From: Octopus sinensis | Lineage: Eukaryota | NCBI RefSeq assembly: GCF_006345805.1 | Contig: NC_043016.1 | Coordinates: forward strand, 6,634,001-6,698,000 | Direction of reading: 5' to 3' | Length of the DNA stretch: 64,000 nt | Part shown: positions 18,546-31,050 of the stretch, in pieces | How positions within the stretch are numbered: the stretch's first letter is position 1 | How the letters are laid out: every line of letters begins with the position of its first letter | Notes under the pieces: generated by a model | What the model saw: the letters and a program-made list of their open reading frames with translations, nothing else | Told to the model about the DNA's origin: nothing | Database searches by the model: none | Position numbers and translations under genes: made by a program

Positions 18546-18963
18546 TATCACTACCACTACTGTCTACATTTAGGGTTACCACACATCTATATACTACTAC
18601 ACTCCAGTTACATCTATTATTAAATTACAGTTATTTTTATCGCTACATGTACAATTTTTTGAATTATTATCGTTATTATTGGGGTTATTATTTATTTTAT
18701 TAAAATAATATTTATTCAACTTATATTTATTTAGAGATGAGATAATATTACCTACGTTACTAGTAGTCGAATACCCTACTCCTATATTTTTTTTTAGAAA
18801 GGATGTTATATTTTTTATTGTATATAATAAAGGATTCTATTATTTTTGTGATTTCTTTTATAATGTTGTTTAAAATAAATAAATAGACATATTATAATGT
18901 CTAACAACTGATGAATACTACCTCTGGATTCCTTCCATTTTCTTTTTGCCATATATATACACA

Positions 18964-18996
<33 letters not shown>

Positions 18997-19839
18997 ATAT
19001 ACACACCACACACATATATATACATATATATATATATACATACATACATATATATATATATACATATATAATATATATATACATACATATCTATATACAC
19101 ATATATATATACATACATATATATATATATATATAATATATATATATATATAATATATATATATATATATTATATATGCTAGTTGAAGTGCCCTGTAATA
19201 CCCGGGATCGGGGATATTCCCAGTACCCATTGCAATGCCTAATTCTCTCAGACGAAAAAGGAAATCAAGACATAGATTACATAGATTACATAATAGATGG
19301 CGTTAGCAAATTCATTCACGAAACAATAATACAAATAAATACGTGTGGAATTGGAAAATGACAATCGTTTGGTCAGATGAGTGGAAATCTGCAAGTATAT
19401 AATCAATGGAAATATCAAGAAGAGAATTGTAAAGGAGTGTTAAGAAAAAAAAAAGACCATAGAAGTTTGAAAAGTAAACAAAAAATTATTTAGAGAAAAG
19501 AGATTTTATACTTACAAAAAACGGCTGGAGTGCATAGGCGATAACGTGGCGGACATAGGAGTCGTAAGATGCTATGACGATGAAAAAAGCATACAAAAAT
19601 GACGGTTTTCATCATTTTTGGGAAAATTCTTTTGCAACTCGAGAGAAAATTTTAAGTGCACATGCACTTAATTTGATGACTGTTTCATGGGTATAGTTCC
19701 ACTGATCGTGAGAATCAAATATCGATTGCAACGGTTAGAACCGAAAATTTTAAGTGCAGGTGCTAAGTAAATACCTGTTACATCTTAGCACACAACGTTG
19801 CAACGTTTAGAACTGTTACAAAATGTAACTACAAGTAAC

Positions 19840-19879
<40 letters not shown>

Positions 19880-20030
19880 TATATATATAGCTACACATAC
19901 ATACATACATACATACATACATACATACATACATACATACATACATGCATGCATGCATGCATGCATACATACATACCTACATGCATGCATACATACATAC
20001 ATACATACATACATACATACATACATACAT

Positions 20031-20099
<69 letters not shown>

Positions 20100-21306
20100 C
20101 ATATATACATATATATGTATGTATATTATATATATATGCATGTTTTAATATTTAGCTTAGCATTGCGAGACTAATAACCTGGTATAAAAACTCAATAAAC
20201 GTATATTTAAGAAAAAAATGTTAGACGACTATATATATGTATATATGTAATATTTTCTCCACGTTAACTGCAGTGTCCTTGCCTTGTAGCAGCTGAAATA
20301 TGTCACAAGCATATTTTAACTAACCTGAGTTCTGCATGTGTGTGAGTGTGTGTGTGTTTGTGTGTGTGTGTATTCACACACAGACATACACATAGACACA
20401 TACAAACACGCACAAACACACATACGTATTTCAATGTTTACCTTAGTAAGCGTTTATTAATTAATATACTTGTGTACATATACATATAAATGTATACACA
20501 TATATTTACATATATATATATTATAATATATATATATATATATATACATACATTATACACAAACACATATATTTTCATGCATATGCATATACACACGCAT
20601 GCATGTATAACCACACACAAGCATGCACATATACACACACACACACTCACAGAGATATCTAAGACAATAGGAATGTACATAAACGTGTAATTTATAAGAG
20701 ATAGTAAGGTAATAGATATAGGAATATTGAAAGACAAACGAATGATTTTTTGTTAACGTATGTTCAAAGATTTTATTATGCAAACACATAAATGTCTGTG
20801 GACTTACTGGGAAGTGATGAATTACAGAATATTCAGCATGAATGTTGAATATTCTTTAATTCATTGTAAATAAAAGGCTCCGTTTTCCATATTTCCGATT
20901 ATTCAACTAGTAATACGATCCTGCTTCCTATAGAATTATCTGTAGTTTGAATATATTTCGAAATATAATATGAACATTTTTATAATAGCCTGACTTTTAT
21001 CGTTTTTAAATGTAGTTCGGCCGTCAAGTGCAAAAGTATTACAAGCTGACGTTTTTCATTTTATTTTCGATTCTTCTAGGAATATTCCAAATTACTCAAA
21101 CTCTATACACGCGAGTTCAATCTGAGAAATATCCTCGGAAAATTGTATTCTTATTCAAATAATCAATTCATATAATACACCTGTGAAGGCGCGTGACTTA
21201 GTGGTTAGGGTATTCGACTCACGGCGGTACCCTCACCTCACACCACACTCACACACACACTCACACACACACACACACACCACACACCACACAACACACA
21301 CAACAA

Positions 21307-21337
<31 letters not shown>

Positions 21338-21371
21338 CACAACACCACACCACACACACCACACACACACA

Positions 21372-21640
21372 CAAGGTAGCACAATCTGTCAATAATGTAA
21401 ATTGGCAGTGTGCTGGCAGAAACGTTAGCACGCCGGGCGAAATGCTTTGCGGTATTTCGTCTGCCGTTACATTCTGAGTTCAAATTCCGCCGAGGTTGAC
21501 TTTGCCTTTCATCCTTTCGGGGTCGATTAAATAAGTACCAGTTATGCACTGGGGTCGATATCAGCGACTTAATCCGTTTGTCTGTCCTTGTTTGTCCCCT
21601 CTGTGTTTAGTCCCTTGTGGGCAGTAAAGAAATAGGTATT
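21372..21640 (+). mobile_element. Family A SINE with atypical 5' leader
   Basis: caaggtagcacaatctgtcaataatgtaaattggcagtgtg precedes ctggcagaaacg; same leader as the copy at 59558. Confidence 0.85.
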
Positions 21641-21649
21641 CGACTTACG

Positions 21650-21887
21650 ATTCCCAGCAGTGCGTTCTGTCCTTGGGCAAGATGCTTCATTTCACATTGC
21701 TCCACTCGGCTGGTAAAAATGAGTTGCCATATCGAATCTTCCTTAGAACTGCAAATCTTCCTGAGAACTGCGTTAAAGGCACGTGTATCTGCATAATGCT
21801 CAGCCTCTTGCACGTTAATTTCTCGAGCAGGCTATTCCGTTGGTCGGATCAATTGGAACTCTCGTCACCGTAACCGATGGAGTGCCT
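21650..21887 (+). mobile_element. Family C-related SINE 3' portion
   Basis: ccttgggcaagatgcttc... then gagaactgcgttaaaggcacgtg...ccgtaaccgatggagtgc, matching 10540-10670. Confidence 0.7.
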
Positions 21888-22104
21888 CATGAAAATATAT
21901 AATACGTTACGTGTCTTTATATATATTCTGTTTTTGTAACAACCACTTGAAGCAGTGGAATTTGTTCCCCTTTATATGAGTTACCTTCTAGACCATTCTA
22001 CTTGAGCTCTAATTTATGCGACACGAGCTGTTTATTTGTATTTGTACACAATGTTCACACTCGAATATATATAACATATGTTATATATACATATATATAT
22101 ATAC

Positions 22105-22139
<35 letters not shown>

Positions 22140-22143
<4 letters not shown>

Positions 22144-22900
22144 GAAAATAGTAAAAAGTGAAAAAACTACAGAAGGCTTGTTTTAAAAGGTTAAAAAATA
22201 TATTTTGAGTCAATATGTCTGAAGAATGTTATAAATTTTTTTCATACAATGACATAGTTTTGAAGAAATGACCGGTTCGCGTTCAGCTTTTCAAATTTCT
22301 TACATCGTTATGTTTACGTTGAGAAGAGTTATCGTTATGTTTACGTTGAGATGAGTTCCAGATAAGGGAAGGTAATAAGTGATTTCTTCCACAACAGATT
22401 GCATTCCCAGAATACAGAATGATACCCTTTAGTGAGCACATTGAGAAATGCGCAAAGCAACTACTACCACATTTTTAATCTTCCATTTTACCAATGTGCT
22501 TCGGAACACCAACACAAATTAGACTAAACAAGGAAACATTCTTCATTGAAAAATACAAGCCCAACTTAACCATTCCAACATACTTATACAGAGAAATTCA
22601 CTCCAAAGAAAGGCAAGAAATTTTAAGCGATTATCTCACTTACACCGGAAGAAATCACTTATTACTTCCCCTTATCTGGAACTCTTCTCAACGTAAGCAT
22701 AACGATAACTCTTCTCAACGTAAACATAACGATGTAAGAAATTTGAAAAGCTGAACGCGAAACCGGTCATTTCTTCAAAAACTATGTCATTGTATGAAAA
22801 AAATTTATAACATTCTTCAGACATATTGTCTCAAATATATATTTTTAACCTTTTAAAACAAGCCTTCTGTAGTTTTTTTCACTTTTTACTATCTTCTATA
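22140..22900. mobile_element. PLE 3'-end remnant with inverted duplication (arms about 22140-22390 and 22648-22900)
   Basis: Arms are reverse complements; the spacer encodes QIRLNKETFFIEKYKPNLT, resembling a GIY-YIG/PLE C-terminus. Confidence 0.75.
22736..22785 (+). ncRNA. Degenerate minimal type I hammerhead motif
   Basis: Stem I AAGAAAT/ATTTCTT; core TTGAAAA (two changes from CTGAAGA); GC...GC stem II; GAAACCGGTC with palindromic ACCGGT stem III. Confidence 0.5.
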
Positions 22901-22936
22901 TATTCAACCACGTGCTTTCCCACACCAACTTTCTCA

Positions 22937-22989
<53 letters not shown>

Positions 22990-22994
22990 CATAT

Positions 22995-23356
22995 ATATTT
23001 GCAAGGATGTTTGCAAAAGGGACATGAAGGCCTGCAACATCAATATTAGCAACTGGGAAGCAGTTGCCAGCAACCGTGGAGATTGACGACGTACCGTAAA
23101 AAGAGGAATACAAAGGAGTGACAGAGAGAGAGAGAGAGCAGAAATGGAAAGACAAGGAAAGACGTCAACAAGAAACTATGACATTACAACCAGCCAGGAA
23201 AAGTCTTCCCTACATTTGCGGCACCTGCCAGATGGAGTGTTTGTCCAGGATAGGACTACACAGCCACAGCAGGAAATGTATTAGGACAGGAAAATGTAAA
23301 AGCCGGACTAGATTATTTTATGCGCAACTCCATTGTTTCCCGAGACAAAAAGGATG

Positions 23357-23357
<1 letters not shown>
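22995..23357 (+). mobile_element. RTE (BovB-like) LINE 3' end
   Basis: KRDMKACNINISNWEAVASNR...YICGTCQMECLSRIGLHSHSRKC, then cccgagacaaaaggatgc tail. Confidence 0.8.
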
Positions 23358-23403
<46 letters not shown>

Positions 23404-23506
23404 TTCAAAATTAGAAAATGGAGAAACATACTTAAATCAATCAAACATCAACCATCAGATGATACCCAATCAATACTTTATTACATATATATATAATATA
23501 TATATA

Positions 23507-23735
23507 TTTCTTTACTGCCCACAGGGGGCTAAACATAGAGGGGACAAACAAGGACAGACAAAGGGATTAAGTCGATTACATCGACCTCAGTGCAAAACTG
23601 GTACTTTATTTATCGACCCCGAAAAGATGAAAGGCAAAGTCGACCTCGGCGGAATTTGAACTCAGAACGTAGTGGCAGACGAAATACTGCTAAGCATTTC
23701 GCCCGGCGTGCTAACGTTTCTGCCAGCTCGCCGCC
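23507..23735 (-). mobile_element. Family A SINE
   Basis: Homology to the other family A copies. Confidence 0.88.
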
Positions 23736-23829
23736 TTTGAATATGTCGGAAGTAAAAGAATTTGAATAACACCTGCGTTTAACTCCATTTATATATATAT
23801 ATAACGCAGGTGTTATTCAAATTATTTTA

Positions 23830-23917
23830 CTTCCGACATATGTTTCGAAGACAACATTGGTATTATTCCAGAAGGAATAAAATGGTGTAAAACAATGCAA
23901 CCTTCTCATCAGGGAAA
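23830..23917 (-). ncRNA. Type I hammerhead ribozyme with canonical core
   Basis: Minus strand: TTTCC CTGATGA GAAGG...GTCTTC GAA ACATATGT C / GGAAG; stem I 5 bp, extended stem II, palindromic stem III, GUC cleavage triplet at 23837-23835. Confidence 0.8.
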
Positions 23918-24727
23918 GCAAGAAACCAAACTAATCAATAAGACATTTTAACAGATTGTGATGACTGCTTATAATGATGAAGGGAAGGCTATCAAGTTTT
24001 TAAGAAAAACCGTTACTAGATATAACGTCAAAGGTAGTTTATAGAAAGAGAAAGAAAGAAATTAGCAGAAAACTAATAGTGGAGAAATATAGAGCGATGG
24101 GTGAATTAGAATAAAGCTTAAAGGAATGGAATTAGATATATTTAGTGGAAGTGAAATATAAGAAGACAGTCTAAGGTCGAATTTTTATAGAATGGTAGAA
24201 ATCACTTACAGGAACTAAAGGTATGTTTCTGCCAAAGTTTGCAACGATAAACGAGTTCTATAAGCACGTACGTACATACATACATACATACATACATACA
24301 TACATACATACATACATACATGCATACATACATACATACATATACATACATACACACACACATACATACATACATACATACATACATACATACATACATA
24401 CATACATACATACATGCATACATACATACATACATACATACATACATACATACACACACTCACACACACACACACACACACGTATATACATCCGTCTATC
24501 ACACACCTACACCCGCACATATACAAACATATGCATGTCCGTATAAATGAAGGGGACGTCTATACATACACATATATCCACACACACACGCACACATGTA
24601 TATATGTATATGTGCACGCAACTTAATCCTCATATACATATAGGTGTCTGCATGCATACATATATATTTAAGCATTTATATATAAAAATATACGTATATA
24701 TATATGTATACTATATGTATATATAAT

Positions 24728-24767
<40 letters not shown>

Positions 24768-24768
24768 C

Positions 24769-24801
<33 letters not shown>

Positions 24802-25072
24802 ATTGAGATTCAGTTGAATTAGGCACTTACGTAAAAGCACCAAAAATTAGTGCGGTACAATCCGTACAACTCAAAATAAGGTGAATAAAATCAAAATGAG
24901 CAACAGGATATCCAGAGGTGCTGCAGTACGACCGTTTCAAGCACTTCCATTTAATTGAACAATGCAATCCTTATGTTGATATAATGATTGCAACTGTTCA
25001 TTAAATGGAGTCGCTTGAAACGGTCGTAGTTCATCACTTCTCGATATATGTATGCATGTGTATATATGTATA

Positions 25073-25124
<52 letters not shown>

Positions 25125-25210
25125 ATAAACGTATACGCGGGAGTGTGAATGTAGGTCTGTGTGTCTATATATATATATATTATAAATTATATATATATAT
25201 TATATATATT

Positions 25211-28200
25211 TACAAAATAAATATAAGAGAGTGGTCACTATATTGATCACTCTAGCACCAGTTAATCCAAAAGGTTTCAACCACGAAAATACATGTTCCC
25301 ATGAAAGCCAAGTACGACTGTGAGCTCACACGGACAGGGCAAATAAAAAATAACAAAAATACAGATTATTTTGGGACAATTGTTTCGCTATTAATGAATT
25401 AAATGTAATATTACTTACAATAATCCATTTGTAGCTCGTCAGCCAAGACTATCTGGATGAAATCCACTCAATCACACGCCAGATTTTACCATAACGATAA
25501 ATACGCGTGTGGTTCAATTGATTACATCCGACGTTATAATTCAAATGCCCCAACCAACAGCGCGCCAAACTCTCACGGAAACAAATACAGCATTTAGAAA
25601 TAAATGCAGCATAATTATAATTAATTAATAAGGGTGAGAAATTAGATACTAATTTAATAGTATATTTATTCCACACCAAGTGGCCTAGTGCTACGAGAAC
25701 CTGGATTATTATAATATTTTATAAAATATTATAATATTTTCCACAAAATAAATATAAGAGAGTGTCACTATATTGATCACTCTAGCACCAGTAATCCAAA
25801 AGGTTTCACCACGAAAATACATGTTTCCCATGAAAGCCAGTACGACTGTTAGCTCACACGGACAGGGCAAATAAAAAATACAAAAAATACAGATTATTTT
25901 GGGACAATTGTTTCGCTATTAATGAATTAAATGTAATATTACTTCAATAATCCATTTGTAGCTCGTCAGCCAAGACTATCTGGATGAAATCCACTCAATC
26001 ACACGCCAGATTTTACATAACGATAAATACGCGTGTGGTTCAATGATTACATCCGACGTTATAATTCAAATGCCCCAACCAACAGCGCGCCAAACTCTCA
26101 CTCCGGAAACAAATACAGCATTTAGAAATAAATGCAGCATAATTATAATTAATTATAGGGTGAGAGAATTAGAAACTAATTTAATAGTATATTTATTCCA
26201 CACCAAGTGGCCTAGTGCTACGAGAAACCTGGATTATATAATATTTTATAACATATAATATTTTCACAAAATAAATATAAGAGAGTGGTCACTATATTGA
26301 TCACTCTAGCACCAGTTAATCCAAAAGGTTTCAACCACGAAATATTGTTTCCCTGAAAGCCAAGTACGACTGTTAGCTCACACGGACAGGGCAAATAAAA
26401 AATAACAAAAATACAGATTATTTTGGACAATTGTTTCGCTATTAATGAATTAAATGTAATATTACTTACATATCCATTTGTAGCTCGTCAGCCAAGACTA
26501 TCTGGATGAAATCCACTCAATCACACGCCAGATTTTACCATAACGATAAATACGCGTGTGGTTCAATTGATTACATCCGACGTTATAATTCAAATGCCCC
26601 AACCAACAGCGCGCCAAACTCTCACGGAAACAATACAGCATTTAGAAATAAATGCAGCATAATTATAATTAATTAATAAGGGTGAGAGAATTAGATACTA
26701 ATTTAATAGTATATTTATTCCACACCAAGTGGCCTAGTGCTACGAGAAACCTGGATTATTATAATATTTTATAACATATTATAATATTTTCACAAAATAA
26801 ATATAAGAGAGTGGTCACTATATTGATCACTCTAGCACCAGTTAATCCAAAAGGTTTCAACCACGAAAATACATGTTTCCCATGAAAGCCAAGTACGACT
26901 GTTAGCTCACACGGACAGGGCAAATAAAAAATAACAAAAATACAGATTATTTTGGGACAATTGTTTCGCTATTAATGGCTGACGAGCTACAAATGGATTA
27001 TTGTAAGTAATATTACATTTAATTCATTAATAGCGAAACAATTGTCCCAAAATAATCTGTATTTTTGTTATTTTTTATTTGCCCTGTCCGTGTGAGCTAA
27101 CAGTCGTACTTGGCTTTCATGGGAAACATGTATTTTCGTGGTTGAACCTTTTGGATTAACTGGTGCTAGAGTGATCAATATAGTGACCACTCTCTTATAT
27201 TTATTTTGTGAAAATATTATAATATGTTATAAAATATTATAATAATCCAGGTTTCTCGTAGCACTAGGCCACTTGGTGTGGAATAAATATACTATTAAAT
27301 TAGTATCTAATTCTCTCACCCTTATTAATTAATTATAATTATGCTGCATTTATTTCTAAATGCTGTATTTGTTTTCCGTAGGAGTTTGGCGCGCTGTTGG
27401 TTGGGGCATTTGAATTATAACTTCGGATGTAATCAATTGAACCACACGCGTATTTATCGTTATGGTAAAATCTGGCGTGTGATTGAGTGGATTTCATCCA
27501 GATAGTCTTGGCTGACGAGCTACAAATGGATTACTGTAAGTAATATTACATTTAATTCATTAATAGCGAAACAATTGTCCCAAAATAATCTGTATTTTTG
27601 TTATTTTTTATTTGCCCTGTCCGTGTGAGCTAACAGTCGTACTGGCTTTCATGGGAAACATGTATTTTCGTGGTTGAAACCTTTTGGATTAACTGGTGCT
27701 AGAGTGATCAATATAGTGACCACTCTCTTATATTTATTTTGTGAAAATATTATAATATGTTATAAAATATTATAATAATCCAGGTTTCTCGTAGCACTAG
27801 GCCACTTGGTGTGGAATAAATATACTATTAAATTAGTATCTTTCTCTCACCCTTATTAATTAATTATAATTATGCTGCATTTTATTCTAATGCTGTATTT
27901 GTTTCCGTGAGAGTTTGGCGCGCTGTTGGTTGGGGCATTTGAATTATAACGTCGGAAATCAATTGAACCACACGCGTATTTATCGTTATGGTAAAATCTG
28001 GCGTGTGATTGAGTGGATTTCATCCAGATAGTCTTGGCTGACGAGCTACAAATGGATTATTGTAAGTAATATTACATTTAATTCATTAATAGCGAAACAA
28101 TTGTCCAAAATAATCTGTATTTTTGTTATTTTTTATTTGCCCTGTCCGTGTGAGCTAACAGTCGTACTTGGCTTTCATGGAAACATGTATTTTCGTGGTT

Positions 28201-28392
28201 GAAACCTTTTGGATTAACTGGTGCTAGAGTGATCAATATAGTGACCACTCTCTTATATTTATTTTGTGAAAATATTATATATGTTATAAAATATTATAAT
28301 AATCCAGGTTTCTCGTAGCACTAGGCCACTTGGTGTGGAATAAATATACTATTAAATTAGTATCTATTCTCTCACCCTTATTAATTAATTAT
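25211..28392. repeat. Tandem array of a 523-533 bp non-coding unit; about 3.3 copies in one orientation, then about 2.7 inverted
   Basis: GAC/GTC cleavage triplets at 25375, 25903, 26426, 26956 (-) and 27046, 27579, 28105 (+); inversion junction near 26977; (TA)-rich flanks. Confidence 0.97.
27508..27583 (+). ncRNA. Type I hammerhead ribozyme (representative of six complete copies in the array)
   Basis: TTGG(27508-11) CTGACGA(27512-18) GCTA...TAGC(27564-67) GAA ACAATTGT C(27579) CCAA(27580-83); all conserved core nucleotides present. Confidence 0.88.
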
Positions 28393-28449
28393 ATATATAT
28401 TTATATACATATATAAGAGAACAAAGTGTACGGACGCCGCTATTATATA

Positions 28450-28497
<48 letters not shown>

Positions 28498-28983
28498 TAC
28501 AAAATGGGAAAAGAACTCAAAACTTCCAGATAGACGATACAAGAAACACGGACGGGTCATTCGAAGCCTTTAATCTTCAGTCAAGAACCGGATCATCCAT
28601 CTTTTTTTCTTTCAAATTTGTGTGAATGTGTATAGAATAAGATATCAGTTGAATAAAGTTAAAACATGGTCTGGTTTTCACGTTTTTATTATATTTTAAA
28701 AAGATATAAATTTTTTTACAATGTTGAAGTGTGTTAAACATTAAAAACACATTTTGTAATGTTCATAAAGTTCAATTAGCGCTTTCATACGCTCGTAGTA
28801 ATCATCAGATTTGAAAATTTTTTTAACTGACATTTGAATTCTTGACAACTGTAATAAAATGACTGACTTCTTCCTTTTTGTACCTCTTAGAAGGAGCTAA
28901 CAAGCCGAATTTTTGGAATACGGTTTTGATCAACCCGCATGTAACTGAAACGACAACGGTTTGCCGGGCGTACCGGTATTCAA

Positions 28984-29037
<54 letters not shown>

Positions 29038-29064
29038 TATGTATATACATATGTATATATATAT

Positions 29065-29098
<34 letters not shown>

Positions 29099-29236
29099 AT
29101 ATATATATATATATGTATGTATGCATGTATGTATATATCCGAGTTTGTATGATTGTATTAGAAGAATATATTAATCAATGAAATTTCAACCTAGTCTGAT
29201 TTTCACGTTTTATTATTTACAATTTTACAATTTTAC

Positions 29237-29370
29237 AATATCATAATAATAGAATATTATATATTTATTGTGATAAAACCAGTAATTTCATGCATTTCGT
29301 AACACTCAGGTTTATGTAATACTAGTTTTATCACAATATATATAATATAATATTCTATTATTATAATATT
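29237..29370. repeat. AT-rich hairpin / MITE-like inverted repeat
   Basis: ataataatagaatattat...ttgtgataaaaccagta mirrored by tactagttttatcacaa...aatattctattattat, about 35-nt spacer. Confidence 0.6.
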
Positions 29371-29409
29371 ATAGAATTTTAAAAGTTGTAAATGATAAGA
29401 CGTGAAAAT

Positions 29410-30780
29410 CGGAATGAGCTGTTATGGTGCAGGGACTTCTACAAGGCGGAAGCTCCCCGCCAACTTCAGGACACTTCCTTCTACTGCCCTCTGCACCCCG
29501 ACCCCACGCCCAGCTACCAACAGACTGTGTCCTCCACTATCCATGACCTCATCCCCTCCTCCTGTCTTCCCCCACTGCCTCTAGGAATTTATTTACTGCT
29601 CAAAATCCACAAACCTAACAACCTTGGCCGCCCCATCGTCTCCGCATGCAACTGCCCAACCAAACTCATCTTCAGATATCTTGACCGTGTGCTTACCCCC
29701 TTGTAGCTTCCGTCCCCTCTCACATCCATCACACCAACCATGCTCTTCGTTTGTTCAACTCTTTCTTCTTCCCTCTTGGCCCCTCTAAACTTCTCTTCAC
29801 TCTTGAAATCAAGAGTTTATACACGGAAATCCCTCACTACGAGGGGCTGCGTGCACTCCAACATTTCCTTGACCTTCGACCCAACCCTCAACCTGACACA
29901 TCCACACTTCTTCGTCTGGCCTAACTTGTCCTCTTACTTAACTTCTCGTTCGCGGGTGAATTTTTCCAGCAGTCTCGGGAGTGGCCATGGTAACGAGAAT
30001 GGGCTCCAACTATGCGAACCTGTTCGTTGGCTACGTTGAGGCCCGAATATTCTCAAGTTTCACTGGTCCCACTCCCGAACTATAGGTCGTTATATTGACG
30101 ATTGTATCGGTGCGACCTCACTCTCCCGCAAACATCTAGACTCCTTCTTTTCTTTTGTCAAACCTTTCCATCCTGCCCTCCACTTATCCTGCACTATTTC
30201 CGACACTTCAGTCTCCTCTCTTGACATTTCGGTCAGCATTCATCACTCCACTCTTACCACCTCCATTCACTACAAACACACAGATTCACACTCATACCTA
30301 AACTTCTCTTCCTCCCATCCTAAACACACCAAGCTCTCCATCACCTATTCCCAATTCCTCCGTCTACGTAGGCCCTGAAGTGACGATCATGACTTTGAGA
30401 CTCAGTCTCAATTCATGGCTCGCCCCTTCATCCTACGTAGATATCCTCTCACCACTATCCACACCACCCTTGCCAGAGCACGTTCCGTGGACCGTGCATC
30501 TACTCTCTTGCCCCACACCCACCCCGCCATCACCCGTGTCCCATTTCCTCTCACCCACCACCCTACTTCTCCAACTCACCATTTTCCGAGCCTTCTGGCA
30601 ACTCCAGTCCGACCCCTCCACTTCGCACATCTTCCCTAACCGACCCATCCCCTCCTTCAAACGAGCCCATAATCTACGAGACCTCTTGGTCCACAGCTTC
30701 TTCCCTAACACAACCTCCAATCCCGGCTCGTTCCCTGATCCTGCCAGCGGTGACGCACTTGCCCTTATCTCTCCAACATT
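29410..30780 (+). mobile_element. Degraded Penelope-like RT fragment (same family as 43300-46445)
   Basis: LLKIHKPNNLGRPIVSACNCPT, GVAMVTRMGSNYANLFV, RYIDD, HYKHTDSHSYLNFSSSHP, FKRAHNLRDLLVHS. Confidence 0.88.
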
Positions 30781-30830
30781 AGCCTCCTCACAGGCAAAAT
30801 TTGAAACCGATATTACGAGTACAATTAAGG

Positions 30831-31050
30831 CTGCAAGCTGGCAGAATCGTTAGCATGTCAGGCAAAATGCCTGACGGCATTTCATCCGTATTTACGTCCT
30901 GAGTTCGAATTCTGCCGAGGTCGACTTTAACTTTCATCTTTACGGGGTGATAAAAGAAGTACCAGTTGAGTACTGGCGTCGACGTAATCGACTTATCCTT
31001 CCCTCAAAATTCCTGTCCTTGTACCAAAATATGAAATCAATATTATGATT
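30831..31050 (+). mobile_element. Family A SINE (diverged)
   Basis: gctggcagaatcgttagc...gagttcgaattctgccgaggtcgacttt. Confidence 0.75.

Noticed and set aside
25211-28392. Array considered as CRISPR-like or protein-coding
   Set aside because: Units are ~530 bp with no unique spacers, the context is eukaryotic, and the short ORFs have no recognisable domains.
28555-28595. Minus-strand CTGAAGA...CGAAT...GTC hammerhead-like string
   Set aside because: GAAA is altered and neither stem I nor stem II pairs.
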